Source of the DNA: Candidatus Sigynarchaeum calidifontis
GTDB taxonomy: Archaea; Asgardarchaeota; Lokiarchaeia; Sigyniarchaeales; Sigyniarchaeaceae
DNA length: 64,000 nucleotides
Assembly (NCBI GenBank): GCA_030587475.2
Contig: JAUQYZ020000089.1
Location: 1 to 64,000 of the forward strand
Direction of reading: 5' to 3'
The notes under the pieces are model-generated. The model was not told the origin of the DNA. It saw only the letters and a list, made by a program, of their open reading frames with translations, and ran no database searches. The stretch's first letter is position 1; the number at the start of each line of letters is the position of its first letter. Positions 20,135-29,505 of this stretch are shown here, piece by piece. Made by a program: the position numbers and the translations under genes.

Positions 20135-22586
20135 CGAATGGATTCTTAGGTGTATATGCCACGAGTAGCCGGGAGAGTCGATTTAGATCGACAACATATC
20201 CGAACTCGCGAGCGCGCTGAAGACAATAGGCCTCCTTGTCACCCTCGGTCGTGAAGCTGTAGATGACGGATAAATTATACCATGCATACGCGTTGTCGTA
20301 AAATAACTCGATGATGCGCTTGAACATGTCCTCGCTATCCTTGTAATTGCCGAGCTCACGGTAGCAGAAACCAAGGTTGAAAAGTGCTTCGAAATCTTCC
20401 GGGAAGAAATCCAGGAAGGTTGAATAGATCTGGATGGCCTGTTCGTATTGCGTGTTGTTGTAGAGGGCGAGTGCCACACGTTTGATTTTCGCCATCGCTG
20501 CTTTGAGCGCTGCATCATCCCCGCTTGCCGCCATTATGGCTTGTCCATCGCCTACTTGCTTGATATAAGAAAGAAATTTGGCAAGCGCATCGTCCGACAT
20601 GTTATTTTGGTCGCCTGACAAGATCTGGCTAATTTGTTTCTCGAAATCCATAGATTGCTCCTTGGCGAATGTCTCGGGACGATAGCTCTTCACAGGTGTT
20701 GTACATGCCTCGATCTCACCGATCGATTGCTGCGCGGATGGTAATGTGGTCATATTGATTCTTGACGGTTTTACTTTCCCGATGGTCCTGTTTAACCGAA
20801 CCAAGGCGGAATATTTTTCCATATCGACGATCTGGGACAAGACTTCGCCGCGTACTTGCATTAACTTGCCCGATCTCGCTCTTGCCGTGACCGATGCGTT
20901 GAGGTGCTGCATGATGGCCATGTCGATGCGATAGGACTGGTTACCGCTCGCAGTAGAGAGCAATTCGACGAGTAATTGTTGGGTTCCCGCCACGTTTCCA
21001 AGCGCCTTGTTCGTGCTGGCCATCGCGAGCGTGGATGCGGGTGCACCGGGCTCTATTTGCTGGGTTTGCATTTCGCCCGGTTCTATTACGGTGTTCTCTT
21101 TTATCTCAGCCCCGGAAGCCCCTGGCTCTGGTATGAAATCCCCAGCCGATTCATTTTCGGTGATTTCGGCTATAATTGCCTTGCCAGCTGATGCGGCCTC
21201 GTGTGGGGAGAGATCGGCCTCGCTGAAGGTGGCATTTTCCACGGGAGGGGATGGCTCTTTAGCAATGACAATGGGTGTCGATTCGTCATCGTCCGTGTCA
21301 AGGATCTCCCGATCCAGCTTGTGGTGCAGATATTTCTCCACGAGGGCTTGGATCGAATATTTATAGCTCTCCAGTTCCTTGATTGACGCGAATGAGACTA
21401 GCGTGTTCTCATCAGTCCCGGTGCGAATCCCAAGCTTTCTTGACAGAGCGCGAGGCTCGAGTTCGACCGTGTCCGCGAGCACGGCACCGGTATTCGTCCC
21501 GGTGTCTTTGGATGGTTCGATCCCCGCGCGAGAGCCTTTAAAGAAGTCCTTGAGATTCGTTAACCGCGGGCTTGGTTTAACCTCGTCTATTATTGGGACG
21601 GTTAGCTCTTTCTTCTCCGGTTTTGGAAGTGCCAGTTCTTGAGATCCCGGGGGTGACCCGGATAGTGTTGGAGTTTTGCTTTCTATGGCACTGACCGTTA
21701 TCTCGGCGGCTTTTTCGTGAATCGTTATGCGGGGTTCGATTTCGATTGTTTCGTCTGCATCGAGTGTTTTCCCAGTGGTGACCGATGTCGCAATGACCAA
21801 CGGCCCTGGAATCGATGAAACGAGCGTTGGTCCGGAATGCACTTCAGCGGGTGAAGGTCCGGAATTGCCGATAACAACAGGCTCTGATGGTAGTATTTCA
21901 CGTGTTGGTTTCTCCGATTCGCCTTGAGCTTGATCCACGTCCATCGGCTTCGGCTCTGCTTTCGGCGGTGCTGGATCTGCCGGGGCCGCCACTGGTTCTG
22001 GGTTTGGCTCTGCTTTCGACGGTGCTGGCTCCGCCGGGGCCGCTGCCGGTTCTGGCTCCGGCTCCGGCTTCGGCAGCTCTGGTTCCACTTGGGTCGCTGC
22101 TGGTTCTGGGTTTGGCTCTGCTTTCGACGGTGCTGGCTCCATCGGGGCCGCTACTGGTTCTGGCTTCGGTTCTGCTTTCGGCGGTGCTGGTTTCACCGGG
22201 GCCGCTACTGGTTCTGGGTTCGGCTCTGCTTTCGACGGTGCCGGCTCCACCGGAGCCGCTACAGACATGGCTTGGTGCAATATTTGCCCCTTATCGCTCG
22301 TAATAATTCTAGAACGCGATTCAATGATTTCTTTCTTGAATCTTAAGGCCTTCAGATCATCTGGTTTGAGCCATAGTCCCTCGTTGATCTCATCGAGTGC
22401 CTCGTCATATCGCTTGAGTTTATACAAGACGAGTGCGAAATTAAAATGAAATTTAGGGACGTTAGGATATTTCTTGGCGAGCATGGCAATTTTAGATCTT
22501 GCTAATTCAAGATGGCCCTGTTTTATCAGCGAAATAAAAGCGGATTCCTCTTCTGAGGCTTCCGAAGGAACGTCCCCGGTCGTCAT
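20127..22586 (-). CDS. TPR-repeat protein with long Pro/Glu-rich repetitive linker
   Basis: Terminal TPR blocks homologous to the adjacent gene; 18-aa PEP repeats; 8-nt overlap with the downstream gene. Confidence 0.85.
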   Translation of the reverse strand: MTTGDVPSEASEEESAFISLIKQGHLELARSKIAMLAKKYPNVPKFHFNFALVLYKLKRYDEALDEINEGLWLKPDDLKALRFKKEIIESRSRIITSDKGQILHQAMSVAAPVEPAPSKAEPNPEPVAAPVKPAPPKAEPKPEPVAAPMEPAPSKAEPNPEPAATQVEPELPKPEPEPEPAAAPAEPAPSKAEPNPEPVAAPADPAPPKAEPKPMDVDQAQGESEKPTREILPSEPVVIGNSGPSPAEVHSGPTLVSSIPGPLVIATSVTTGKTLDADETIEIEPRITIHEKAAEITVSAIESKTPTLSGSPPGSQELALPKPEKKELTVPIIDEVKPSPRLTNLKDFFKGSRAGIEPSKDTGTNTGAVLADTVELEPRALSRKLGIRTGTDENTLVSFASIKELESYKYSIQALVEKYLHHKLDREILDTDDDESTPIVIAKEPSPPVENATFSEADLSPHEAASAGKAIIAEITENESAGDFIPEPGASGAEIKENTVIEPGEMQTQQIEPGAPASTLAMASTNKALGNVAGTQQLLVELLSTASGNQSYRIDMAIMQHLNASVTARARSGKLMQVRGEVLSQIVDMEKYSALVRLNRTIGKVKPSRINMTTLPSAQQSIGEIEACTTPVKSYRPETFAKEQSMDFEKQISQILSGDQNNMSDDALAKFLSYIKQVGDGQAIMAASGDDAALKAAMAKIKRVALALYNNTQYEQAIQIYSTFLDFFPEDFEALFNLGFCYRELGNYKDSEDMFKRIIELFYDNAYAWYNLSVIYSFTTEGDKEAYCLQRAREFGYVVDLNRLSRLLVAYTPKNPFDA
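21945..22262 (-). repeat. About six 54-nt coding tandem repeats (unit VAAPVEPAPSKAEPNPEP)
   Basis: Repeated ggttctgggtttggctctgctttcgacggtgctggctcc-like units. Confidence 0.9.
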
Positions 22587-22740
22587 TCCAACATCGCTTC
22601 GATCCTAGCGTAGCAACTCTAAATAAAAGAGCCTTTCATAGAGCATTTTTTTAGTAATTAGATGAAGGAATTATTAGCAAGTCTTATCGACATATCACTA
22701 AACAAAATGGTTTTTTAGATCGAGACGCTACCTAATTACT

Positions 22741-23088
22741 ATGGTAAAGATAGCGGTCATCATCGGGCAAGCCCCTTATACAGCAGAACGGCCTTACACT
22801 GCCTTGCGATTCGTTAACACAGCACTTTTGGATGGGCACTCGGTCAAGTTATTCTTGATCGAGGATGGTATCTTCGCCGCGTTGAAAAAACAGAACCCGA
22901 CAGAATACCCGAACGTGATAAAATGGATCGAGCAAGGCATAGAAGCGGGCCTCGAGGTGAAGGCTTGCGCGGTCTGCATGAAGGCGCGGGGCGTTGAAGA
23001 GTCGGACATGGTCAATGGCGTCAAGGCAGCGACCATGCACGATCTTGTCGCTTGGGTCGCAGAATGCGACAAATCGATATTTTTCTAA
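22741..23088 (+). CDS. DsrE/DsrF-like sulfur relay protein
   Basis: APY..ERPYTALR, FLIEDGI, ACAVCMKARG. Confidence 0.9.
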   Translation: MVKIAVIIGQAPYTAERPYTALRFVNTALLDGHSVKLFLIEDGIFAALKKQNPTEYPNVIKWIEQGIEAGLEVKACAVCMKARGVEESDMVNGVKAATMHDLVAWVAECDKSIFF

Positions 23089-23116
23089 CTTGTTTTTTTT
23101 TCATTCGGTGGATGCG

Positions 23117-23341
23117 ATGGTCGAACATATCCTTGACACGAGCGGCACTGTATGTCCGATGCCGGCTTTCAATACACGCAAGGCACTAAAACTCCTCCGT
23201 GCCAATGATGTTCTGGTGGTAAAGGGCGATTTTTTACCCGCTGTCGAAAATATCGAGCGTGTTGTAACGCAAGACGGGGGAAAAATAGTATCTCGCAAAG
23301 TGTCCAGCGACCGATTCGAGCTTATAATAAAGAAATCTTGA
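23117..23341 (+). CDS. TusA/SirA-like sulfurtransferase
   Basis: LDTSGTVCPMP (CPxP) motif; start taken as the ATG at 23117. Confidence 0.9.
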   Translation: MVEHILDTSGTVCPMPAFNTRKALKLLRANDVLVVKGDFLPAVENIERVVTQDGGKIVSRKVSSDRFELIIKKS

Positions 23342-23525
23342 TCCAGAGATTACTAAGTAACCGTTATTGATACGGACAAGAGAGGACAAGATTTGGATAG
23401 GACCCGGCTTCAATTGCCGTGATTGATCGAGATTCTGTTTAATTGGATAATTTCCAAAGTAATGGCTGCCAGGAATTATTGCGATGGACATATATCGTTT
23501 TTTATTAGGAAGGAGATAGCGGATT

Positions 23526-23948
23526 ATGTATTCGACGACAAATCACCTTTTAGACGCAATTCCTGAAACCGGAACATATCATGCCGGCATCGCTAGCAGC
23601 GTCGAGAAAATTTGCGCCAACCGTACCCGCCTTCCGAGCCTTGCATTAGAAATTTTCCCATCGGCGCCGTACAAGCGCACGGGTCCTATCACGTTACCAC
23701 CTTGGAACAATCGCCAGCTGGTTTATCTTTTCTTCAAGGCAAAATTCCACGGATACGAGGGGGTCTTAGTCCTCATCATCCAAGAAGGCGCGATGGATGC
23801 CCTCTCCATCCAGCTCAAGCGTGGCGCCAGAGAAGTTAAGATCATCGAGGGGGAAGCCTTCGTCGTGCGTGACAACCAGGGGTTCGATCTTGGTTCGTTC
23901 GAGAGCATTCCATCGGTCGTGGCCATGCTTGACCGCACGTTGAAATAG
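23526..23948 (+). CDS. Hypothetical protein
   Basis: 140-aa ORF with GGAG upstream and coding-like composition; no motif recognised. Confidence 0.6.
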   Translation: MYSTTNHLLDAIPETGTYHAGIASSVEKICANRTRLPSLALEIFPSAPYKRTGPITLPPWNNRQLVYLFFKAKFHGYEGVLVLIIQEGAMDALSIQLKRGAREVKIIEGEAFVVRDNQGFDLGSFESIPSVVAMLDRTLK

Positions 23949-24100
23949 CGCCTCAGCAATCAAAACACAATTGATTGATGAATCAATCTCGCACGAGATT
24001 CGCGAGACAAGGGATCGCAATGGATAAAATATCAGCATTGAGGGAAAACCAAAGATAATTACTCTAATCTTTTCAATCATGCTGGAGAGATGAACCACGC

Positions 24101-25180
24101 TCAATCAAACACGGGGACGAAACCAAAGCACGTTGCGACGAGTTTTTTCGCATCGTTGAATAATTCGGTATCCGTATAGTTATCCACGTATTGACCGAAC
24201 TCGTTGATGAATTGACGGTTGAACGCAGCAAGGCCTTCCCTAAGAACACTGGATGATTTGGAAGCAACCAGCACGCTCGCTACAGGATACTTGTAATCCC
24301 GGCTTATTAAAAGTACGCCTTTTTCCATTTTTATCTCTTGAATGTCGCCTTTATCGACGGATTCGTTGACGAGCAAGCTTATCCCATGCAGCATGCTGGA
24401 AAATAGATCCTCGTCTATGGGGCGATCGAGCTCGTGCCATGTGTAGGTGAATAATGACATGCCAGTCCTCGTGTTAATAACAACGAGGCGCTGGGTCTTG
24501 AATGGCAACGTAAAGCAAAGCTGATCATGCTTCATAAGAACAACGGCATGCATTAACGCACCGACGGCTTGGAATATCCGGTCGATCGATGGGATTACTT
24601 TCGAAAAGCCCCCAATGTACTTGTTTGTCAGTATGTACATAATGGAAACAAGGAATGCGCCGATGATATTGATCAATGCGGGGCGTTTCAGTGATCTTGG
24701 CACGTTCCGGTATATCTTGATGCAGAAATAGAACCATGCGACCCCGACTAGCAAACCAAAGCTCACCACGATGAGGATCGGTACCACGACGAGTTCCGGG
24801 GAGTTGAAAGTAATGACGAAGAGCGTGGCATCGGCTCCGAGTACCAGCATCGCGATGGAAAACTTGCGGGGATCGATCGTGTCACGGGAGACAGAGTCAA
24901 TGAGCGCAAGCATGGCGAGGAACCCAGGGATAAGACTCAAGTTCTCGAGCAAATTAAAGAATGAATGTATGTCGCTTGTTTTTTCAAAGAAATACTTGGC
25001 GCTATAGAAAGCTGCCTCGAGCATAAAGCAGAACCATGCAATGGCTATGTATTTGCTCGATCGATATCTCTTTTTCATGAAATTACGGAAGATGAATACG
25101 AATCCAGCGAGTTGAAGCGCAGCGGATAGGCTTCCGAAAATAACTCGCATGGGATCTATTTCAAGTGCCATGTCTTTCAC
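24101..25180 (-). CDS. 7TM membrane protein with C-terminal longin/roadblock-like domain
   Basis: Seven hydrophobic helices, then GMSLFTYTW...DEDLFSSMLHGI...GDIQEIKM...F..F pattern. Confidence 0.75.
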   Translation of the reverse strand: MKDMALEIDPMRVIFGSLSAALQLAGFVFIFRNFMKKRYRSSKYIAIAWFCFMLEAAFYSAKYFFEKTSDIHSFFNLLENLSLIPGFLAMLALIDSVSRDTIDPRKFSIAMLVLGADATLFVITFNSPELVVVPILIVVSFGLLVGVAWFYFCIKIYRNVPRSLKRPALINIIGAFLVSIMYILTNKYIGGFSKVIPSIDRIFQAVGALMHAVVLMKHDQLCFTLPFKTQRLVVINTRTGMSLFTYTWHELDRPIDEDLFSSMLHGISLLVNESVDKGDIQEIKMEKGVLLISRDYKYPVASVLVASKSSSVLREGLAAFNRQFINEFGQYVDNYTDTELFNDAKKLVATCFGFVPVFD

Positions 25181-25410
25181 CTGCTAAAAATCTAACATTT
25201 GCAATGTTAGCGATTATTGCATCGCTAACGGGCATGTGCACGACCGGGCACGAGAGAAAGCTAATGCCACATCGAGTACATTGATTAGCCTTGAACGGTC
25301 CATGCTCGTATCGCTTGAATCCCAATTGATCCTTCGCCATCTACACTCCACTTCTCTTGCTTGAAGACATCTCGAATGTTAAAGATATAGCGGTGTTCAC
25401 GTAAAGGCAT

Positions 25411-26616
25411 TTAATACCTTCCCCATTTGTAGACGGCATCGCGCATGGCGATGGCATTCTTGAGGGGCACTTTCAAGTAATCGTGAGCGGGCCCGCTGAT
25501 GTACCCGCCACCTTGTCCCATTGCCTTGATTTGCGCTCGCACGTGCTGTTCGATGGACGCGGGCGTACCGAACGTCAATTCCCGGCTCGAATCGATGCCC
25601 CCGACGAGAATTAACTTGTCCCCGAACTGTTTCTTGACCGCCGCGTGGTCGATCTCGGCAGGCACCTCCATCGATTGCCAGCCGTCCAGGCCCGCGTCGA
25701 TGAGCAAAGGTAAAAGCTCGACGATATTCCCGCAAGAGTGCATGATGACCTTCGCACCGATGTCGTGGATGGCACCGAAAAGTTCTTTGTAAGGCTCGAA
25801 AAAAAAACGCTTGAAGGTGCGGGGCGAGATGAGGGGACGACCTTTTTGTCCAAGATCATCGCTCAAGTAAATGCACGAGAAATGTAACGGTTTGAGTGTT
25901 TCGAGCGCGTTGAGGTCTTGTTGCAAGATCGAATCGATGATCTTGTCGATGAACGGGGCGTCCCTGGCACAGAGATAACCAAAGGAATCCATGCCCATCA
26001 TGAACCACGTTTCCTCGAACAAACCCGCACGGTTGACATGGCCGCACAAGAACATTCGATCCCCGAAGTTTTCCTGGAACTCGTGAACCGCCTCGAGATC
26101 GACGGGCGCTGCCGGGTGCTCGTGAGGCCAGCCATGCTCGGCATACCAGGCCTCGATTTGCTCCTTTTTCTTGAGAAATCCGTCTATGAACCACGTGTAA
26201 CGATGCCCTGTCTCGAGCTTTCTCCACCCGTTTCGCCTGCCCTTGTAATTCACGAACTGGCCCTCGTCTTTTGCCTTGTATTTCGCGGCCTCAGCCACAT
26301 CCGTGATGATGCAGCCTCGTTCGTCGAGTATCTTCTCGAAATCGAAAAATAACCCGGCGGAATACATGCAGTCCTCTCCACCGAAGAAATAATCGAGCGT
26401 CTTGTCGCCGAGCGGCGTGAACAAGATATTGCGCTCATCGGCGAAAAACGGGTCCTCGTCCGAGAGCTCGCTCTCTTGCTGGTTGAACTCTAGCCGGGTG
26501 ATGCTGTACTCGGGCACGCCCATTAAATGAATCGGGATGCGATCGGGCAGCTCGGACCTGTTCAAGATTGCCTCGAACCGTTCCGTCGCTGTCATGGTAT
26601 CGGTCGGTAGGATCAT
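25411..26616 (-). CDS. Uroporphyrinogen decarboxylase/MtaA-CmuA family protein
   Basis: SDDLG, ISPRTFKRFF, MHSCG, GGID, GGGYISGPAH. Confidence 0.85.
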   Translation of the reverse strand: MILPTDTMTATERFEAILNRSELPDRIPIHLMGVPEYSITRLEFNQQESELSDEDPFFADERNILFTPLGDKTLDYFFGGEDCMYSAGLFFDFEKILDERGCIITDVAEAAKYKAKDEGQFVNYKGRRNGWRKLETGHRYTWFIDGFLKKKEQIEAWYAEHGWPHEHPAAPVDLEAVHEFQENFGDRMFLCGHVNRAGLFEETWFMMGMDSFGYLCARDAPFIDKIIDSILQQDLNALETLKPLHFSCIYLSDDLGQKGRPLISPRTFKRFFFEPYKELFGAIHDIGAKVIMHSCGNIVELLPLLIDAGLDGWQSMEVPAEIDHAAVKKQFGDKLILVGGIDSSRELTFGTPASIEQHVRAQIKAMGQGGGYISGPAHDYLKVPLKNAIAMRDAVYKWGRY

Positions 26617-26703
26617 GGATAAAACTTCGCCGGTAGGATATTTAACGGCGATGCATGGGCTACCCCCATCCAGCACCTAGACGGGCGCGAGAAAATCGGA
26701 CAT

Positions 26704-26937
26704 TTAGCGCTTGTATGTCTCGAGGTGACCCTGATCGCCGCCTTTCCGAGAAGCATCTAGCATGCTGCGGTATTTCGCCTTCGCTTCGTCGAGCTTTGCC
26801 AGCGCCATCTCATGACTCCGCTTCAAGGAATTGATATCGAAGGCCCTGGGATTCTTTTCAGCAATCCGCATGATGTTCTCGATGGATTCAACCACGTGCA
26901 AGATGCTGGCAATATTGTTAGGATCGGATTCCGTCAT
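26704..26937 (-). CDS. Small helical hypothetical protein (paralog A)
   Basis: Similar to 27050-27304 (ES.E.I, K.P..DI..L, KGGD.G). Confidence 0.7.
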   Translation of the reverse strand: MTESDPNNIASILHVVESIENIMRIAEKNPRAFDINSLKRSHEMALAKLDEAKAKYRSMLDASRKGGDQGHLETYKR

Positions 26938-27049
26938 TGCGATGCTCCCTTGTCCTCAACGATACTTTAGCCAGTTTGTGTTTCCGTCTATCATGTTCCG
27001 TGAATTAGACCTATTTATTTAAGCATCTCGCTTCTCGCTCAAAGGGGCC

Positions 27050-27304
27050 TCAAGCCAACGGCTTGAATTTTAGCTCGAGCGGCACGGGACAGCATTCGGT
27101 CGCAGTGTATTGCCCGCGATCGCCACCTTTCTTGTAGACCCTGATCTCCTCGGCGAGTGATCGTCGGGCAGCATTCCTTGCCTTTTCGAGGGCGACGATA
27201 TCGAGCCCGGGGTGCTTCCCGGCACTTTCCAATATCGCCTCGACGGATTGGATGAATACCAGCTTGTTTGTAATGCTCGCGCCACTTTCGTCAAGCCGCA
27301 TCAT
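27050..27304 (-). CDS. Small helical hypothetical protein (paralog B)
   Basis: Similarity to the neighbour defines the start near MMRLDE; C-terminal CCP. Confidence 0.65.
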   Translation of the reverse strand: MMRLDESGASITNKLVFIQSVEAILESAGKHPGLDIVALEKARNAARRSLAEEIRVYKKGGDRGQYTATECCPVPLELKFKPLA

Positions 27305-27610
27305 TGCTGCGTTGGCCTTCCTTTTAGTCGATTCGCAAGGCTTAAACTTGTCCTGGTTGAATGAACATCGGTACAAGTCTTATTTAAACGCTACGTGGCA
27401 ATTGATTTCGTGGCGGTGCCACGTTTTTCCATCTGACGAAAAAAAGGAGATGGTTTCAATAAATACTTGGACAAGTGAATCAACGAAGCAGATTGTTTCC
27501 GGCCACCAGTTTCCCGCGTGGTTTGAAGCATTCGCACGCATCATGGGACCTGTTGTAGTCCTTGTCTTGTGGTGGAACCACGACCACCACTTGTTCATCT
27601 TTTTCTTTCA

Positions 27611-29233
27611 TTATGTTCTAGGTTTAATTTTGATCATAATGGGTTTGTCTGTCAAATGAGTTTTTAATAGGATAGTGTTTTCTCCTCCAATTTGATTTGG
27701 GACATGATCTGAGAACCACGATAATCGCAAGTTCTCAATCGGGCCTTCAATTATGAACATTTCTTGAATTAAAGTTGGATGTTCATTGATGGAAGGCCGG
27801 GAATTCACATTGTCAAGTTTCCTGGTCATTTCTTTCCATTTGTAATAATTTATTCCATCAAAAAGACGATCAGGGTTCCAAAGAACAATGCCGTAGGGAA
27901 ATTCTTCTGTTTTTGGTGGTTTCGGATCAATCTTGATCTGTATCTCACGATCTGACGGCATGGTCCAAATTGGAAGGGGGAATTTTACTTCTTTAAAAAT
28001 ATCTGAATTGCGAGTTAGATTTTTTATCGTTTGGACCTCTTTCCGCTGATAATTTCGGATTTCCACGGGCCAGGATTGTGGTTTATGAAAAAAGAGTTGA
28101 CAATCGAGATCATAATAGACCAATGTGGGTGGAAACGGGCCCCCAATCAACCCTCGCGTACGATTTGCCCCTCGTGCTTTGTTAATTTTCCGTTCATCCC
28201 ATTTATGCTTGTTTAATTCCAGCAGGCGCTTATTTTGGAACCTTTCAGTAGCAATTTCTACATCGTCAAAAACGCATAACATTGCAGGAGTTGTCGGAAA
28301 CATGTGCCGATATTTTCGCATGGCTGCAGGAATGGTGGTGAATTCCACATCGAAATGATGGTCGGGATTTTTCACAAACGCCAAAAAATCTTCCATGATG
28401 GCCGCAGTTTCATCTATCTTATTTTGGGGATAGATCTGAAATGCAGGAGTATTGAGCATTTCATGGGATTCTTGATGAAAAATGAATGGATAAAACGCAT
28501 TATAAGTACTATTACGATAATGTTGGAGAAAGAATTGGTACCAGTAGTGATTCTCCCCTGGATAACAAATTCCGTTATTATTCACGTCATTTGGATCTGT
28601 AGAGAAGATGCTCGCCGTTTTTTTGTAATTTGACACCTTATTTATGTCATGAGTGAGCCATTCGTTGGAAATCAATGGTGCATTCAAGCCATTAAAATCA
28701 GATGAGCAAGGAATTCGGGCGGGACGCTTGAAATTAGAAGGATCCATGTAATAACATCCATAAGGAATTCCGACATCATCGACCGAATCCGTATTAAATT
28801 GGTACCAGCACGCTCCATAGACCGCAATAAAACCGAATTCAGCTAAAACTTGAATAACATCATTGTTACGGAAAAAAAAGCCACAAGTGTCCCATTTCGC
28901 CCATGGTAACGCTGCTTTTGCCCGATCCAATTCATTTCTAACAAACGCACGAATCTGATCTTTTTTCCAGCCCATCACGATTTTGTATTGATCCTTCTTA
29001 TATTGGGCATAGGGCATGAGCCAAAGCGAGACATCATCCCCATAGCGATCATGAAATTCAGTAAACTTATCAGCCCCACTTTCCGCCCCTTGGGCATTCG
29101 TTAACCATGAAACAGGGATGTTGTGCTTATGGGCGATCGCTGCTATCCGTTCCATTCCCTCAAGGGGAAAGCCGATCCCGTGCTTGAATCCAGCAAAAAA
29201 GGCCTGACTTTCATAAATGAATTGCATTTTCAT
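27611..29233 (-). CDS. Hypothetical protein, possible polysaccharide deacetylase/glycoside hydrolase-like fold; low GC
   Basis: Long ORF with IPVSWL, GDDVSLW, GIPYGCYY; visibly more AT-rich than its flanks; start set at MKMQFIY. Confidence 0.65.
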   Translation of the reverse strand: MKMQFIYESQAFFAGFKHGIGFPLEGMERIAAIAHKHNIPVSWLTNAQGAESGADKFTEFHDRYGDDVSLWLMPYAQYKKDQYKIVMGWKKDQIRAFVRNELDRAKAALPWAKWDTCGFFFRNNDVIQVLAEFGFIAVYGACWYQFNTDSVDDVGIPYGCYYMDPSNFKRPARIPCSSDFNGLNAPLISNEWLTHDINKVSNYKKTASIFSTDPNDVNNNGICYPGENHYWYQFFLQHYRNSTYNAFYPFIFHQESHEMLNTPAFQIYPQNKIDETAAIMEDFLAFVKNPDHHFDVEFTTIPAAMRKYRHMFPTTPAMLCVFDDVEIATERFQNKRLLELNKHKWDERKINKARGANRTRGLIGGPFPPTLVYYDLDCQLFFHKPQSWPVEIRNYQRKEVQTIKNLTRNSDIFKEVKFPLPIWTMPSDREIQIKIDPKPPKTEEFPYGIVLWNPDRLFDGINYYKWKEMTRKLDNVNSRPSINEHPTLIQEMFIIEGPIENLRLSWFSDHVPNQIGGENTILLKTHLTDKPIMIKIKPRT

Positions 29234-29505
29234 GAGAAATCCACTTTCATAAATACGATACAAATTGTGAGAATTATTCCGAGAATTGTCATGCTTGCCA
29301 GATTTGAACTCGATTTCTATATGAAGATGAGATGCAATTATATTTCCCTTCTTTTCTCTTTTCAGGCCAGTTAAACCCACTATCTTATTTCATGGATGTG
29401 CAGTGAAGATGGTTGATAATTGCATCACTCGAGAGACCGGCGGTTCGCTCGTCTTCTATGCGACATGATTGGAAATTTTTAAGCGATGACGGTTTTTTCC
29501 AACCC

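Noticed and set aside
21924-22346. Cys/Trp/Arg-rich repetitive ORFs on the + strand; CRISPR-like periodicity
   Set aside because: Antisense shadows of the Pro-rich coding repeat; the repeats are contiguous with no unique spacers.
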